A stretch of 57,111 bases of DNA, from IMG/VR virus record IMGVR_UViG_3300037847_002035, positions 1 through 57,111 of that record, one strand, 5' to 3'. The stretch comes from a virus. Lineage: Duplodnaviria > Caudoviricetes. A program made the translations under genes and the position numbers. Under the pieces are notes generated by a model. The model was not told the DNA's origin and did no database searches. It saw only the letters and a program-made list of their open reading frames with translations. Shown piece by piece: positions 29,697 to 39,260 of this stretch. Every line of letters begins with the position of its first letter. Within the stretch, counting starts at the first letter, position 1.

Positions 29697-30531
29697 CTGG
29701 AATATTGCCATTGTTGGTCATGGATATGTTGGTAAGGCAGTAGAGTACGGATTCAACACAACCGAAGTAAATACACATATCATAGATCCAATATACAAAA
29801 AGGGTATGGATACTATCAAGGACGTAAAGATAGATGTTGCTTTCGTTTGTGTCCCCACTCCTTTTGGGTCTGATGGTAAGATCGACTCATCTATTGTAGA
29901 GAAAGTCGTGAAGCAACTAAAACCAAAAAACTGTGTCATTGCAATTAAGTCTACAGTGACTCCAGACATAGTAACTAAACTACACAAGGATAACGACAGG
30001 GTTGTCTATAACCCTGAGTTCCTCACAGAACAAAATGCCTTAGATGATTTTGTAAATCCACCTATGCATATATTTGGTGGAGATCAGTTCTATTGTAAGT
30101 GGTTGCACACATTCTATCTCGACCATAGTAGATGTAAGGATAGAACAACTAGAGCATATTTCATGTCACCTGCAGAGGCATCGTTTGTCAAGTACGGAAT
30201 AAATTCCTTTTTAGCATCAAAAGTGTTATGGTTCAATCAATTTTCAGATATCTGTGATAAATACAAAGTAAGGTACAATACTATAATCAATGCTATGATA
30301 ACAGATCAACGCATAGGTAGTAGTCATGTACAGGTGCCAGGATCTGATGGCAGGAAAGGATACGGTGGTGCTTGCTTTCCCAAAGATACAAATGCATTCT
30401 CTAAATTTGCTGAAGGTGACTTCTCTATTCTCGATTTGATTATCGAGGAGAACAACAAGTATCGTTCTGAATATCAATTAGATGATAGAGAAAAAGAACA
30501 AAATGTTGTTTACATTAATGGTAAAGTGTGA
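29689..30531 (+). CDS. UDP-glucose/GDP-mannose dehydrogenase family protein
   Basis: GHGYVG, CVPTP, KSTV, NPEFL, GYGGACFPKD. Confidence 0.92.
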   Translation: MDNWNIAIVGHGYVGKAVEYGFNTTEVNTHIIDPIYKKGMDTIKDVKIDVAFVCVPTPFGSDGKIDSSIVEKVVKQLKPKNCVIAIKSTVTPDIVTKLHKDNDRVVYNPEFLTEQNALDDFVNPPMHIFGGDQFYCKWLHTFYLDHSRCKDRTTRAYFMSPAEASFVKYGINSFLASKVLWFNQFSDICDKYKVRYNTIINAMITDQRIGSSHVQVPGSDGRKGYGGACFPKDTNAFSKFAEGDFSILDLIIEENNKYRSEYQLDDREKEQNVVYINGKV

Positions 30532-30537
30532 TATACT
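30509..30537 (+). promoter_or_regulatory. sigma70-like promoter
   Basis: TTTACA-17-TATACT. Confidence 0.6.
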
Positions 30538-30559
30538 ATATTTAAATTCGGAGATATAA

Positions 30560-31516
30560 ATGGCAACAATTGGTATTACTGGTATGGGTGGATTCATTGG
30601 TTTCCATCTTGCCAAGAAACTTCATGGCGAAGGTCATGATGTAGTTGGGTTTGATAGTTTCAATAACTATTACGACCCAATGCTAAAATCAAACAGAGCA
30701 TCAAACCTTCACGAGAAGACTGGAATAACAACACAGAATGTAGATCTGAAGAACCGAGAAGAACTTGATCACTGGATGAAGAAAAGATATCCAGATCTTA
30801 TTATACACCTTGCCGCGTATGCAGGTGTAAGAAACTCTATGGATTGTCCAGAGGATTACATTCAAAATAATGTTGTCGGTACGCACAATCTAATCGAGTC
30901 CTGCAAGAAGTACGACATAGACAAAGTTGTGTTTGCTTCCACGTCTTGCGTTATGGCAGGTAACGAGTTACCATGGAAAGAGGATGAGAAGGTTGGGTAT
31001 CCACTCAATCCATATGGTTACACCAAGTTGTGTAACGAATCTCAGTTCATGGCAAGCACAATACCGACTACTATCGGATTGCGTTTCTTCACAGTCTATG
31101 GTGAATGGGGTAGACCAGACATGGCACTCTTTGATTTCACTAATAAGATTATTCGTGGTGAAGAGATCGATCTATTCAATCATGGAGATATGATCAGAGA
31201 TTTTACTTATGTTGGTGACATCGTCAATGGTATCAACATCGTAACTAACTTGGCATTAGAGAGTGACAATACCAAGGATATGTACAACATAGGTAACGGC
31301 AGACAAGTTCCTCTCATGGAGTTTGTCGAGAACATCGAGTTTCAATTGCAAAGAAAAGCAATAAAGAATTTTGTCCCAAAGCATCCTGCAGATACTCAGG
31401 CAACTTGGTCAGACACGACTAAGTTACAAGCATTGGGATACAAAGCAGAGACACCCATCGAAGAGGGTGTAGAAAAATTTATAACTTGGTACAAAGGGTA
31501 TTATAATGTCAACTGA
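30560..31516 (+). CDS. NAD-dependent nucleotide-sugar epimerase (UDP-glucuronate 4-epimerase-like)
   Basis: TGMGGFIG, HLAA.AGVR, YGYTK, RFFTVYG.WGRPDMA. Confidence 0.92.
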   Translation: MATIGITGMGGFIGFHLAKKLHGEGHDVVGFDSFNNYYDPMLKSNRASNLHEKTGITTQNVDLKNREELDHWMKKRYPDLIIHLAAYAGVRNSMDCPEDYIQNNVVGTHNLIESCKKYDIDKVVFASTSCVMAGNELPWKEDEKVGYPLNPYGYTKLCNESQFMASTIPTTIGLRFFTVYGEWGRPDMALFDFTNKIIRGEEIDLFNHGDMIRDFTYVGDIVNGINIVTNLALESDNTKDMYNIGNGRQVPLMEFVENIEFQLQRKAIKNFVPKHPADTQATWSDTTKLQALGYKAETPIEEGVEKFITWYKGYYNVN

Positions 31517-31637
31517 AGAATTGGAAAAAGAAGTAGCAAAGTTTCACAACATAAGTCTTGAAGAATTGTATCAACGAACAGTCATTGGTGGAGAAGCACT
31601 ATTCCATCAATACTATATGCGAGACGGTGGTTTCTAA
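31506..31637 (+). CDS. 43-aa hypothetical protein
   Basis: ORF exactly fills the gap with overlapping start/stop codons. Confidence 0.5.
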   Translation: MSTEELEKEVAKFHNISLEELYQRTVIGGEALFHQYYMRDGGF

Positions 31638-32053
31638 TGATCACTGGACTCACTGCATCTACATTTGACTTGCTACACGCAGGTCATATTGCAATGCTGA
31701 GAGAGGCAAAGTCACAGTGTGACTATCTTATCTGTGCACTACAGATAGATCCTTCATTAGATAGACCAGAGAAGAACTCTCCAGTCCAATCTATTGTAGA
31801 AAGATATTCGCAATTGTCTGCAGTCAAATATGTAGACGAGATACTGGTGTACCAGTACGAAAGTGAATTGTTGGACATCATACAGATGTATCCAATAAAC
31901 CTTAGAATCCTTGGAGAAGAATATCGTGACAAGGATTTTACTGGCAAGGATGAATGTCGTAGATTAGGCATTCAACTTTACTTCAACAAAAGGGAACATA
32001 GATTCTCATCATCTGATTTACGCAAAAGAGTAACAGAGAAAGAAGGTGGTTAA
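31637..32053 (+). CDS. glycerol-3-phosphate cytidylyltransferase-like (TagD family)
   Basis: FDLLHAGH, YVDE, RFSSS. Confidence 0.88.
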   Translation: MITGLTASTFDLLHAGHIAMLREAKSQCDYLICALQIDPSLDRPEKNSPVQSIVERYSQLSAVKYVDEILVYQYESELLDIIQMYPINLRILGEEYRDKDFTGKDECRRLGIQLYFNKREHRFSSSDLRKRVTEKEGG

Positions 32054-32200
32054 ATGGAACAACAAGAACGATATTACAAATCCATGATGGAAATGAATAA
32101 GTTAGCAAACAAGGAAGATGATCTTCGAAGCGCAGTAGAAGATCTGAAGAACAGAGTCAAAAACCTAGAAGAGGAAATTGCTTGGCAGAAAAAAGATTAG
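32054..32200 (+). CDS. 48-aa coiled-coil hypothetical protein
   Basis: ATG immediately follows the upstream stop; heptad pattern. Confidence 0.5.
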   Translation: MEQQERYYKSMMEMNKLANKEDDLRSAVEDLKNRVKNLEEEIAWQKKD

Positions 32201-32202
32201 AC

Positions 32203-32231
32203 TTTACAACCTTTTTATTATGTGATATAAT
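32203..32231 (+). promoter_or_regulatory. sigma70-like promoter of uvsX
   Basis: TTTACA-17-TATAAT. Confidence 0.75.
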
Positions 32232-32251
32232 GTGAGACATAGGAGAAGAAT

Positions 32252-33298
32252 ATGTCAATAATGGATAAGTTAAAGAAGAATAGCAAACTAGAGAATACTG
32301 CTATTCTATCCGAATCGAAGTACTTCCAAGATGTGGATATGGTTCCTACAGATATCCCAATGCTAAACGTAGCACTGTCTGGTGATATTGATGGTGGTCT
32401 TACACCTGGTCTAACGATGTTAGCAGGTCCTAGTAAACACTTCAAGACATCGTTTGCGTTGGTACTGGCAAGATCATATCTAAACAAGTACCCAGAGTCA
32501 GTATTATTATTTTACGATTCTGAGTTCGGTTCTCCACAATCATATTTCGAGCAATACGGTGTGGACACTAATCGCGTTTTACATACGCCAATCAAAAATG
32601 TAGAGGATCTAAAGTTTGATATTATATCACAACTTGAAGGTCTAGAAAGAAACGATAAAGTCATTATCATAATTGACTCTATCGGTAACTTAGCATCTAA
32701 GAAAGAACTAGAGGATGCTATGAATGAGAAGTCAGTTGCTGACATGTCTCGTGCCAAAGCACTTAAAGGTCTAGGTAGAATGATAACCCCTTACCTCAAG
32801 GAATTGAATATTCCTATTGTTGCTGTAAACCATACGTATAAAGAGATTGGACTATTCCCGAAAGATGTTGTCGGTGGTGGTACTGGTCTGTATTATTCAT
32901 CTGACAATATATACATTGTCGGTAGGCAACAGGAGAAAAAGGGGACTGAAATTGAGGGATATAATTTTGTATTGAAAGTGGAGAAGTCTCGTTATGTCAA
33001 AGAACAGTCTAAAATACCTATCAGTGTTACTTGGGATGGCGGCATCGCTCCTTATAGCGGTCTCCTCGATGTCGGTCTCGCAGGTGGTTATATCTGCTCT
33101 CCTTCTAGTGGGTGGTATAGTGTTGTTGATCGAACTGGTGGAAATGTCGTACACCCCAAAGTCAGAAAGTCAGAGACCATGGAAGAGTCTTTCTGGTTGC
33201 CGATTTTCGAAAACACTGACTTTAGGGACTTTGTCAAGCAGAAGTTCTGTGTTGGTGGGTCTAATGCTAACCCGACTGATAATGAAAATGGAGCATAA
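32252..33298 (+). CDS. uvsX: RecA-like recombinase UvsX
   Basis: GPSKHFKT, FYDSEFG, DSIGNLASKKE, KSR. Confidence 0.96.
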   Translation: MSIMDKLKKNSKLENTAILSESKYFQDVDMVPTDIPMLNVALSGDIDGGLTPGLTMLAGPSKHFKTSFALVLARSYLNKYPESVLLFYDSEFGSPQSYFEQYGVDTNRVLHTPIKNVEDLKFDIISQLEGLERNDKVIIIIDSIGNLASKKELEDAMNEKSVADMSRAKALKGLGRMITPYLKELNIPIVAVNHTYKEIGLFPKDVVGGGTGLYYSSDNIYIVGRQQEKKGTEIEGYNFVLKVEKSRYVKEQSKIPISVTWDGGIAPYSGLLDVGLAGGYICSPSSGWYSVVDRTGGNVVHPKVRKSETMEESFWLPIFENTDFRDFVKQKFCVGGSNANPTDNENGA

Positions 33299-33620
33299 AG
33301 AAAACAGTACGTACCAGTTGATACCTGCCGATGGTGATGATCAATACTGGTGCGTAAGAATACTAAAGGGAGTCTTTAACGAAACAGTACTTCGTTATGG
33401 ACAGATTGCTTTCAATGAAAGAGAAGAGGGAGTTATGTCTTTTAACTTTTTCATTGAAGCATCACCCGACTCAACCCTAACGGTTGATAATCCTTTGCTC
33501 CAAGAAGTTGCAGGAGATATCTTGCAAAAGATTATAGAGCAAGCACTAACTGATAACACTGGCATCGTGGGTAAGCACCCCGATCAAGAAAACTGGGAAC
33601 CCCTAACATCTGAGGAGTAA
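33282..33620 (+). CDS. hypothetical protein at the position of T4 gp40
   Basis: ORF between uvsX and g41; start trimmed from 32994. Confidence 0.65.
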   Translation: MKMEHKENSTYQLIPADGDDQYWCVRILKGVFNETVLRYGQIAFNEREEGVMSFNFFIEASPDSTLTVDNPLLQEVAGDILQKIIEQALTDNTGIVGKHPDQENWEPLTSEE

Positions 33621-33624
33621 TAAC

Positions 33625-34986
33625 TTGATTGGTATTGAACAAGTTATCTTCAGAAATATGATCCTTGACGATGGTTACATGCGTAAAGTATTACCCTTCG
33701 TCAAGGATGAATATTTTGAAGGATTGTATAGAAAACTATACACGACATTTAAAAATTACGTAGAAGAATATAATAGAAGTCCAACTAAAGAAGCATTCAT
33801 ACTTGAGTCAAACATGACTGAACAGAACTTCTCTGTGATGCAAGATGCGTTTGATAAGTTGTACAAAGAAGAAAAGGTAGACACTGAATGGTTGCTCGAT
33901 CAAACTGAGAAGTGGTGTCAGGGTAGAGCACTAGAGATTGCGATTGTAGAATCTGTCAATGTCATTGAAGGTAAGCACGATACTCTGACTAAGGGAGCAT
34001 TACCAGATCTATTACAGAAAGCACTTGGGGTTGCTTTCGATGTTAATGTTGGTCACGACTATATTGACAATGTTGAAGAACGTTGGGACTTTTACGATAA
34101 GAAAGAAGAGAGGTTGCCCTTTGATCTTGAAATGCTCAACACGATCACAAAGGGTGGTGTTCCAAACAAAACTCTGAACATTGCACTGGCAGGTACTGGT
34201 GTTGGTAAGAGTTTGTTTATGTGTCACGTTGCGTCTAGCGCATTGACTGATGGTAAGAATGTATTGTACATCACCATGGAAATGGCAGAGGAAAGAATTG
34301 CAGAACGTATTGACGCAAACCTACTCAATGTTCCGATTGATCAGTTGGAAGGTATGCCCAAGACTTTGTTTACAGAGAAAGTCAGAGCACTATCATCAAA
34401 GACATCTGGTAAACTAATCATCAAAGAATACCCAACAGGATCTGCACATGCAGGACACTTTCGTGCATTGTTGGGAGAACTAAAACTGAAGCGACAATTT
34501 GTTCCAGATATCATCTTTATAGACTATCTAAATATCTGTGCATCAAGTAGAATGAAAGGAATGGGCGGTGCAATCAATTCATACACCTACATTAAAGCAA
34601 TTGCTGAAGAGTTACGTGGTCTTGCAGTGGAGTTTGACGTACCGATCTTCTCTGCAACACAAACGACTCGTTCTGGTTATTCTAACTCGGATGTTGGGTT
34701 GGAAGATACGTCCGAGTCTTTTGGATTACCCGCGACTGCCGACTTGATGTTTGCTCTTATCTCCACAGAAGAATTAAATCAACGTGGTCAGATAATGGTA
34801 AAACAATTGAAGAATAGATATAATGACCCGACACAAAACAAACGGTTTGTTGTTGGAGTTGATAGAAGTAAGATGAGACTATTTGACGTAGATCCCAATG
34901 AGCAAACACTGACAGATGATACGCCAGTGTTCGATAAGTCGGAGTCTAAAGAGAAGATGTCAAAGTTTAAGGACTGGAATATCTAA
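33625..34986 (+). CDS. g41: replicative helicase gp41
   Basis: AGTGVGKSL, TMEMAEE, IDYL, AEELRGLA, SESFGLP. Confidence 0.96.
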   Translation: MIGIEQVIFRNMILDDGYMRKVLPFVKDEYFEGLYRKLYTTFKNYVEEYNRSPTKEAFILESNMTEQNFSVMQDAFDKLYKEEKVDTEWLLDQTEKWCQGRALEIAIVESVNVIEGKHDTLTKGALPDLLQKALGVAFDVNVGHDYIDNVEERWDFYDKKEERLPFDLEMLNTITKGGVPNKTLNIALAGTGVGKSLFMCHVASSALTDGKNVLYITMEMAEERIAERIDANLLNVPIDQLEGMPKTLFTEKVRALSSKTSGKLIIKEYPTGSAHAGHFRALLGELKLKRQFVPDIIFIDYLNICASSRMKGMGGAINSYTYIKAIAEELRGLAVEFDVPIFSATQTTRSGYSNSDVGLEDTSESFGLPATADLMFALISTEELNQRGQIMVKQLKNRYNDPTQNKRFVVGVDRSKMRLFDVDPNEQTLTDDTPVFDKSESKEKMSKFKDWNI

Positions 34987-35195
34987 TGCGTATTTTAACT
35001 AGTAAGCACTGGGGACAAGAGGCATACGTTAAACGCGAAGCACACATTTACAGACTTGAATATTTCTACGAGGTAGAGTTTTGGGATGATGGTGAACTAA
35101 AAGAAACGAGGAAGATGGTCACTGGGACTACTGTACATAGCGTACACTATGCCGAAGATGCGGCAGAGAACTGGTGTCTAGGGTACATCCCATGA
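34986..35195 (+). CDS. hypothetical protein
   Basis: C-terminal SVHYAEDAAENW.LG; translationally coupled to g41. Confidence 0.7.
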   Translation: MRILTSKHWGQEAYVKREAHIYRLEYFYEVEFWDDGELKETRKMVTGTTVHSVHYAEDAAENWCLGYIP

Positions 35196-35932
35196 GCATA
35201 CAGTATCCAGAATTTATGAGAGACGATCACCTCTACGTCTTTGATGTAGACGGAACCCTTACACCAAGTAGACAAAAGATGGACGAAGCATTCAAGAGAT
35301 TCTTCTCTCGGTTTGCCTCAAGGAACTTTGTTTACTTGGTTACTGGATCTGACAAAGACAAAACAATGGAACAGGTAGGTGCCGATCTTTATGGGTTGGC
35401 AGATAGAGTTTACAATTGTAGTGGCAACCATGTGTTCGAAGGTCACAACGAAATCTATAGAAGTAACTGGAGATTGCCTTGGGATGCAGAAGAATGGTTG
35501 AAACAGAAATTAGATCAAAGTATGTTTCATATAAAAACTGGAGCACACTTTGATCATAGAATAGGTTGCTGTAACTTTTCTGTGATAGGAAGAAACTGCA
35601 AACTATATGAAAGAAAAGAGTACGTGAAGTACGATAATATAAACAAAGAGCGAGAAAGAATTGCTCGTGAATTCGAAGAAAAATTTCCTAACATAGAAGC
35701 AGTCATTGGTGGTGAGACTGGACTTGATATCTTTCCAAGAGGAAAGAACAAGGGACAGATCATGGAAGACCTCGACTGGCATTCGGTTCACTTCTTTGGA
35801 GATAAGATGGAAGAGGGTGGCAATGATGCACCTCTTGGTAATAGAATAGATAACAGACCGTTTGGTTATACTTACGCAGTCAAAGACTGGAAACATACTT
35901 GGGAAATACTAGAAGGATTCACGTACACATGA
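35192..35932 (+). CDS. HAD-family phosphomannomutase (eukaryote-type PMM)
   Basis: FDVDGTLT, VTGSD, NFS.IGR, FFGDK...GGND. Confidence 0.85.
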   Translation: MSIQYPEFMRDDHLYVFDVDGTLTPSRQKMDEAFKRFFSRFASRNFVYLVTGSDKDKTMEQVGADLYGLADRVYNCSGNHVFEGHNEIYRSNWRLPWDAEEWLKQKLDQSMFHIKTGAHFDHRIGCCNFSVIGRNCKLYERKEYVKYDNINKERERIAREFEEKFPNIEAVIGGETGLDIFPRGKNKGQIMEDLDWHSVHFFGDKMEEGGNDAPLGNRIDNRPFGYTYAVKDWKHTWEILEGFTYT

Positions 35933-36606
35933 AAGCAAGACTAATCTCATATTCACAGACAGGAGAAAATCTACATGTCGGTAATGATGTACAGGAACTC
36001 ATTGCGTATTGCGCCCGTGTCTCCAATCCATCGAATCAAGATAACTCTGAAACGTCCGAAAAACTTTTACGTTACCTTGCCAAACACAAACACTGGTCGC
36101 CATTCGAGATGGTCAGTGCTTGCATAGAGGTAGAGACTACTCGTGATATTGCAAGACAGTTATTGAGACACAGATCATTTTCATTCCAAGAGTTTTCCCA
36201 AAGGTATGCTGATGTTCGAGAAATAGATGACAACTTTGTTATCCGTAGAGGAAGACTACAAGATCCCAAGAACAGACAGAACAGCATTGTTACAGATGAT
36301 GCAAGTCTGTTGACTGCTTGGGAGCAACACCAAAGAAATGTTTGGTATGCCGCAATGAAAGCATATGACTGGGCACTCGAAAATGGTATTGCAAAAGAAC
36401 AAGCAAGGTGTGTGCTACCAGAAGGTAATACTTTGTCGAGACTATACGTGAACGGTACGTTGAGATCTTGGATACACTATATAGAACTAAGATCTGCAAA
36501 TGGAACACAGAAAGAGCACATGGACTTAGCAGTAGAATGCGCCAAGGCAATAGCAAAAATATTCCCTAGCGCGGAACAATACATTGACACACAAAGAATC
36601 TCATAG
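35929..36606 (+). CDS. thyX: FAD-dependent thymidylate synthase ThyX
   Basis: HWSPFE, RHRSFSFQEFSQRY, EQAR..LP, TQKEH. Confidence 0.96.
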   Translation: MKARLISYSQTGENLHVGNDVQELIAYCARVSNPSNQDNSETSEKLLRYLAKHKHWSPFEMVSACIEVETTRDIARQLLRHRSFSFQEFSQRYADVREIDDNFVIRRGRLQDPKNRQNSIVTDDASLLTAWEQHQRNVWYAAMKAYDWALENGIAKEQARCVLPEGNTLSRLYVNGTLRSWIHYIELRSANGTQKEHMDLAVECAKAIAKIFPSAEQYIDTQRIS

Positions 36607-36787
36607 ACTCTTTTGGTTAGTCAAGGGACATCTAGGGGACGAGAAGACAGTACATGGTAGCGCAAACGGTTACTTCAAAAGATTGTGGTGTAAGCATCAA
36701 GGTGAAGACACCAGTTACTTAGAAGAAGGTTTTGAAGAAGCATATTATGAAAAGTATCCAGAAAGAAAATGTCATACACAGAATTAA
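36584..36787 (+). CDS. hypothetical protein
   Basis: 67-aa ORF overlapping both neighbours. Confidence 0.6.
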   Translation: MTHKESHRLFWLVKGHLGDEKTVHGSANGYFKRLWCKHQGEDTSYLEEGFEEAYYEKYPERKCHTQN

Positions 36788-37269
36788 TAAAACGTAGAGC
36801 GACTAACGAAGAGTCTGATGAATGTTATACACCAAATGATCAGGTTTTTCCTCTACTGAAATACTTAAATAAGGATAGTACTTACTATGAAGCAACTAGT
36901 GGAAAAAGTTCGAACATTCTTTCTGGGTTCAGAAAGCATGGTTATAACATCGTTTCTTCTGATGGCAGGGATTTTTTTGATTGCACACGGAGTGACATCT
37001 ATGATGGAGTTATAACAAATCCACCATATAGTAAGAAGGATAAATTTTTAGAACACTGTTATGAATTAGGTAAACCTTTTGCACTGTTACTTCCTGTAAC
37101 AAGTTTTCAAGGATCTAAACGAGGAAAGATGTTTATGGAAAAAGGAATGTCTGCACTTGTCTACAATAACCGAATAGACTTTACAGGAAAGGGTTCACCT
37201 ACTTTTGGTAATGCTTGGTTCATATGGGGGTTCATGCCTCCTAATCAAATTCATTGGGTAGATAACTAA
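36769..37269 (+). CDS. small phage amino-methyltransferase-like protein
   Basis: SDECYTP, DFF, ITNPPYS, KPFALLLP. Confidence 0.7.
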   Translation: MSYTELIKRRATNEESDECYTPNDQVFPLLKYLNKDSTYYEATSGKSSNILSGFRKHGYNIVSSDGRDFFDCTRSDIYDGVITNPPYSKKDKFLEHCYELGKPFALLLPVTSFQGSKRGKMFMEKGMSALVYNNRIDFTGKGSPTFGNAWFIWGFMPPNQIHWVDN

Positions 37270-37336
37270 GGAGAAAAAATGGAAGGACCTATCTGTAAAC
37301 TAAGAAAGAAAATTAAAACTTGGTTGAGTAAGAAAG

Positions 37337-37810
37337 ATGAAAAAGAATAAACTTTGGAAAAAGGTAAGTAAGATGGATCTAGGAAATCCTGTAATTACTG
37401 CCCTAGTTGGGTTAGTAATATTCTATATCGGACTAAAAACATTCTCTGGGGGAATGAAAGCAATGGGTAATATGGATCACCTTGCATTCTTCTTGGGTAA
37501 TCCGATATACATGTTTATTGGTGGTATAGTCATGACATTGTTGTGGCAATCATCGTCACTTTCGACTACCGCAATTATTGCGTTGGTTGCTTCTGGTGCA
37601 CTACCGTTACCTGCGGCAGTTGCGGCAGTCTTGGGTGCTAACATAGGTACTACTGGTACAATATGGTTAGCAGGGTTCTTCGTCTCGGATGGTATGCCGA
37701 AGGGAGATACTCTGCGAATAGCAATGGCACATACAGGAATGAATCTCCTGATGGCATTGATGCTCTTGCCCTTTGTGGGTAGGATTGCACAATTTCTCAC
37801 AAAATTTTAA
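37337..37810 (+). CDS. Na+/phosphate cotransporter-family membrane protein (single repeat)
   Basis: WQSSSLST and GANIGTT motifs. Confidence 0.85.
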   Translation: MKKNKLWKKVSKMDLGNPVITALVGLVIFYIGLKTFSGGMKAMGNMDHLAFFLGNPIYMFIGGIVMTLLWQSSSLSTTAIIALVASGALPLPAAVAAVLGANIGTTGTIWLAGFFVSDGMPKGDTLRIAMAHTGMNLLMALMLLPFVGRIAQFLTKF

Positions 37811-37817
37811 ATAAAAC

Positions 37818-37846
37818 AAAAAGGGGGTTGACAAGACCCCCTTTTT
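37818..37846 (+). terminator. intrinsic terminator
   Basis: AAAAAGGGGGT-loop-ACCCCCTTTTT. Confidence 0.75.
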
Positions 37847-37856
37847 CTGCTACTAT
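37828..37856 (+). promoter_or_regulatory. sigma70-like promoter overlapping the terminator hairpin
   Basis: TTGACA-17-TACTAT. Confidence 0.65.
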
Positions 37857-37883
37857 GATTATATAATAATAATTGAGGTAGTT

Positions 37884-38417
37884 ATGATAAAGCAGTTAGT
37901 TCTTAGCGTTGCTGTACTCACTATGATCCCTAGTGGGTCTGAAAGTGCATCAATCGCAGAAGCAGGTGAATATCACTCTGCACTAACAGAACAGGTTTGT
38001 CTTGCGAACAATATCTATTGGGAAGCAAGGAACCAAACAGAGGAAGGAATGATCGGTGTTGGTCTTGTGGTACGCAATCGTGTTAATGATAATCGTTTCC
38101 CACATTCGTATTGCGAGGTGGTGCATGAAGGACCTACTCGTCCAAGTTGGAGGAACCCAGACACTCGAATCCCTGTTAAGCATCGTTGCCAGTTCTCTTG
38201 GTATTGTGATGGCAAGTCTGATGATATTCGTTCTAACGAGTTGGATATTTATGCCATTGCTAGTGACATTGCTCATCGAATTTATTCTGGTGACATCACC
38301 GACATTACTAATGGTGCTACGCACTATCATGCAGACTATGTGATACCTGCATGGGCGGCAACTAAAATAAAGACAATACAAATTGACAATCACATATTTT
38401 ATAGATGGGAGTTTTGA
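37884..38417 (+). CDS. SleB-like cell wall hydrolase (Hydrolase_2)
   Basis: CLA.NIYWEAR, NRV, CQFSWYCDG, GATHYHA, HIFY. Confidence 0.92.
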   Translation: MIKQLVLSVAVLTMIPSGSESASIAEAGEYHSALTEQVCLANNIYWEARNQTEEGMIGVGLVVRNRVNDNRFPHSYCEVVHEGPTRPSWRNPDTRIPVKHRCQFSWYCDGKSDDIRSNELDIYAIASDIAHRIYSGDITDITNGATHYHADYVIPAWAATKIKTIQIDNHIFYRWEF

Positions 38418-38701
38418 TGACACCTTATGAAGAAATAGATTATAAGTTCAACGAAGACAAGTTACTTGCTGAATTTAAAGAGTACATAGATGGAACCTAC
38501 AACGCCCATTACTCCAAAGAAAAATTCCAAGCGACTGAGTTTATCGTGGATAGCGGTCACGGCACTGGGTTCATGATTGGAAACGTGATGAAGTATGCAC
38601 AACGATACGGCAAGAAGGGTTCCAATGCAGATGCTAGGAAAGACTTGCTTAAAGTGTTGCACTATGCCCTTATGCAACTTCATGTCCATGACTCTACATA
38701 A
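38417..38701 (+). CDS. DUF3310-like phage protein
   Basis: HY, GF.IGNVMKYAQRYGKK, DLLK..HY. Confidence 0.75.
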   Translation: MTPYEEIDYKFNEDKLLAEFKEYIDGTYNAHYSKEKFQATEFIVDSGHGTGFMIGNVMKYAQRYGKKGSNADARKDLLKVLHYALMQLHVHDST

Positions 38702-39179
38702 CTCCGCTAGAACTTTTCATATACATGTAAACAAAGATACCTATTAGACCAAGTATGGTGACTCCTAATGGAATAGCAATCATAAGTTTTTCTTGAAACT
38801 CTGCTTGCTTCTTCAATGCTTCTCTTCTCAATTCTTCGAGACGTTCTTTTTCTTCTTTGATTCTCTGTTGACGTAGCGCGACAATTTCTTTCCACGTTCC
38901 CCAACCGAATCTATGATCGATTAGTTCACGCATTTCTTCCATTTGCTCTGCCGCAAGTTTTGCATCGATTACCTCTTTGGCAACCGATTTAATTCCTAAC
39001 TGGTCAGAGACAGAGTTCCCTCTTTCGACTTTTGCTTTCTGAACTTGAGCATTACCGTCTAAGAGGTTCTCTAACTGAGTACCAATCTCACCAATGTCTT
39101 TTACTGTATTGATATTCGATTTGATGAAATCCACTGACTGTTTCACCAAAGCAATACCTGCTAAAACTTCTGCGACCAT
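38694..39179 (-). CDS. coiled-coil protein with C-terminal TM helix
   Basis: 161-aa ORF; late promoter upstream. Confidence 0.75.
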   Translation of the reverse strand: MVAEVLAGIALVKQSVDFIKSNINTVKDIGEIGTQLENLLDGNAQVQKAKVERGNSVSDQLGIKSVAKEVIDAKLAAEQMEEMRELIDHRFGWGTWKEIVALRQQRIKEEKERLEELRREALKKQAEFQEKLMIAIPLGVTILGLIGIFVYMYMKSSSGVM

Positions 39180-39237
39180 TTTTTTCTTTCATTTAAATTT
39201 TAATATAGGTCACAGGTTTAATCTAAGTCAGTACTGG

Positions 39238-39245
39238 TATTTATA
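39238..39245 (-). promoter_or_regulatory. T4-type late promoter TATAAATA
   Basis: + strand TATTTATA upstream of the gene starting at 39179. Confidence 0.6.
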
Positions 39246-39260
39246 AGTATTATATATACT

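Noticed and set aside
32994-33281. Long N-terminal extension of the ORF 32994..33620
   Set aside because: It overlaps uvsX in another frame; a start at 33282 or 33288 is more plausible
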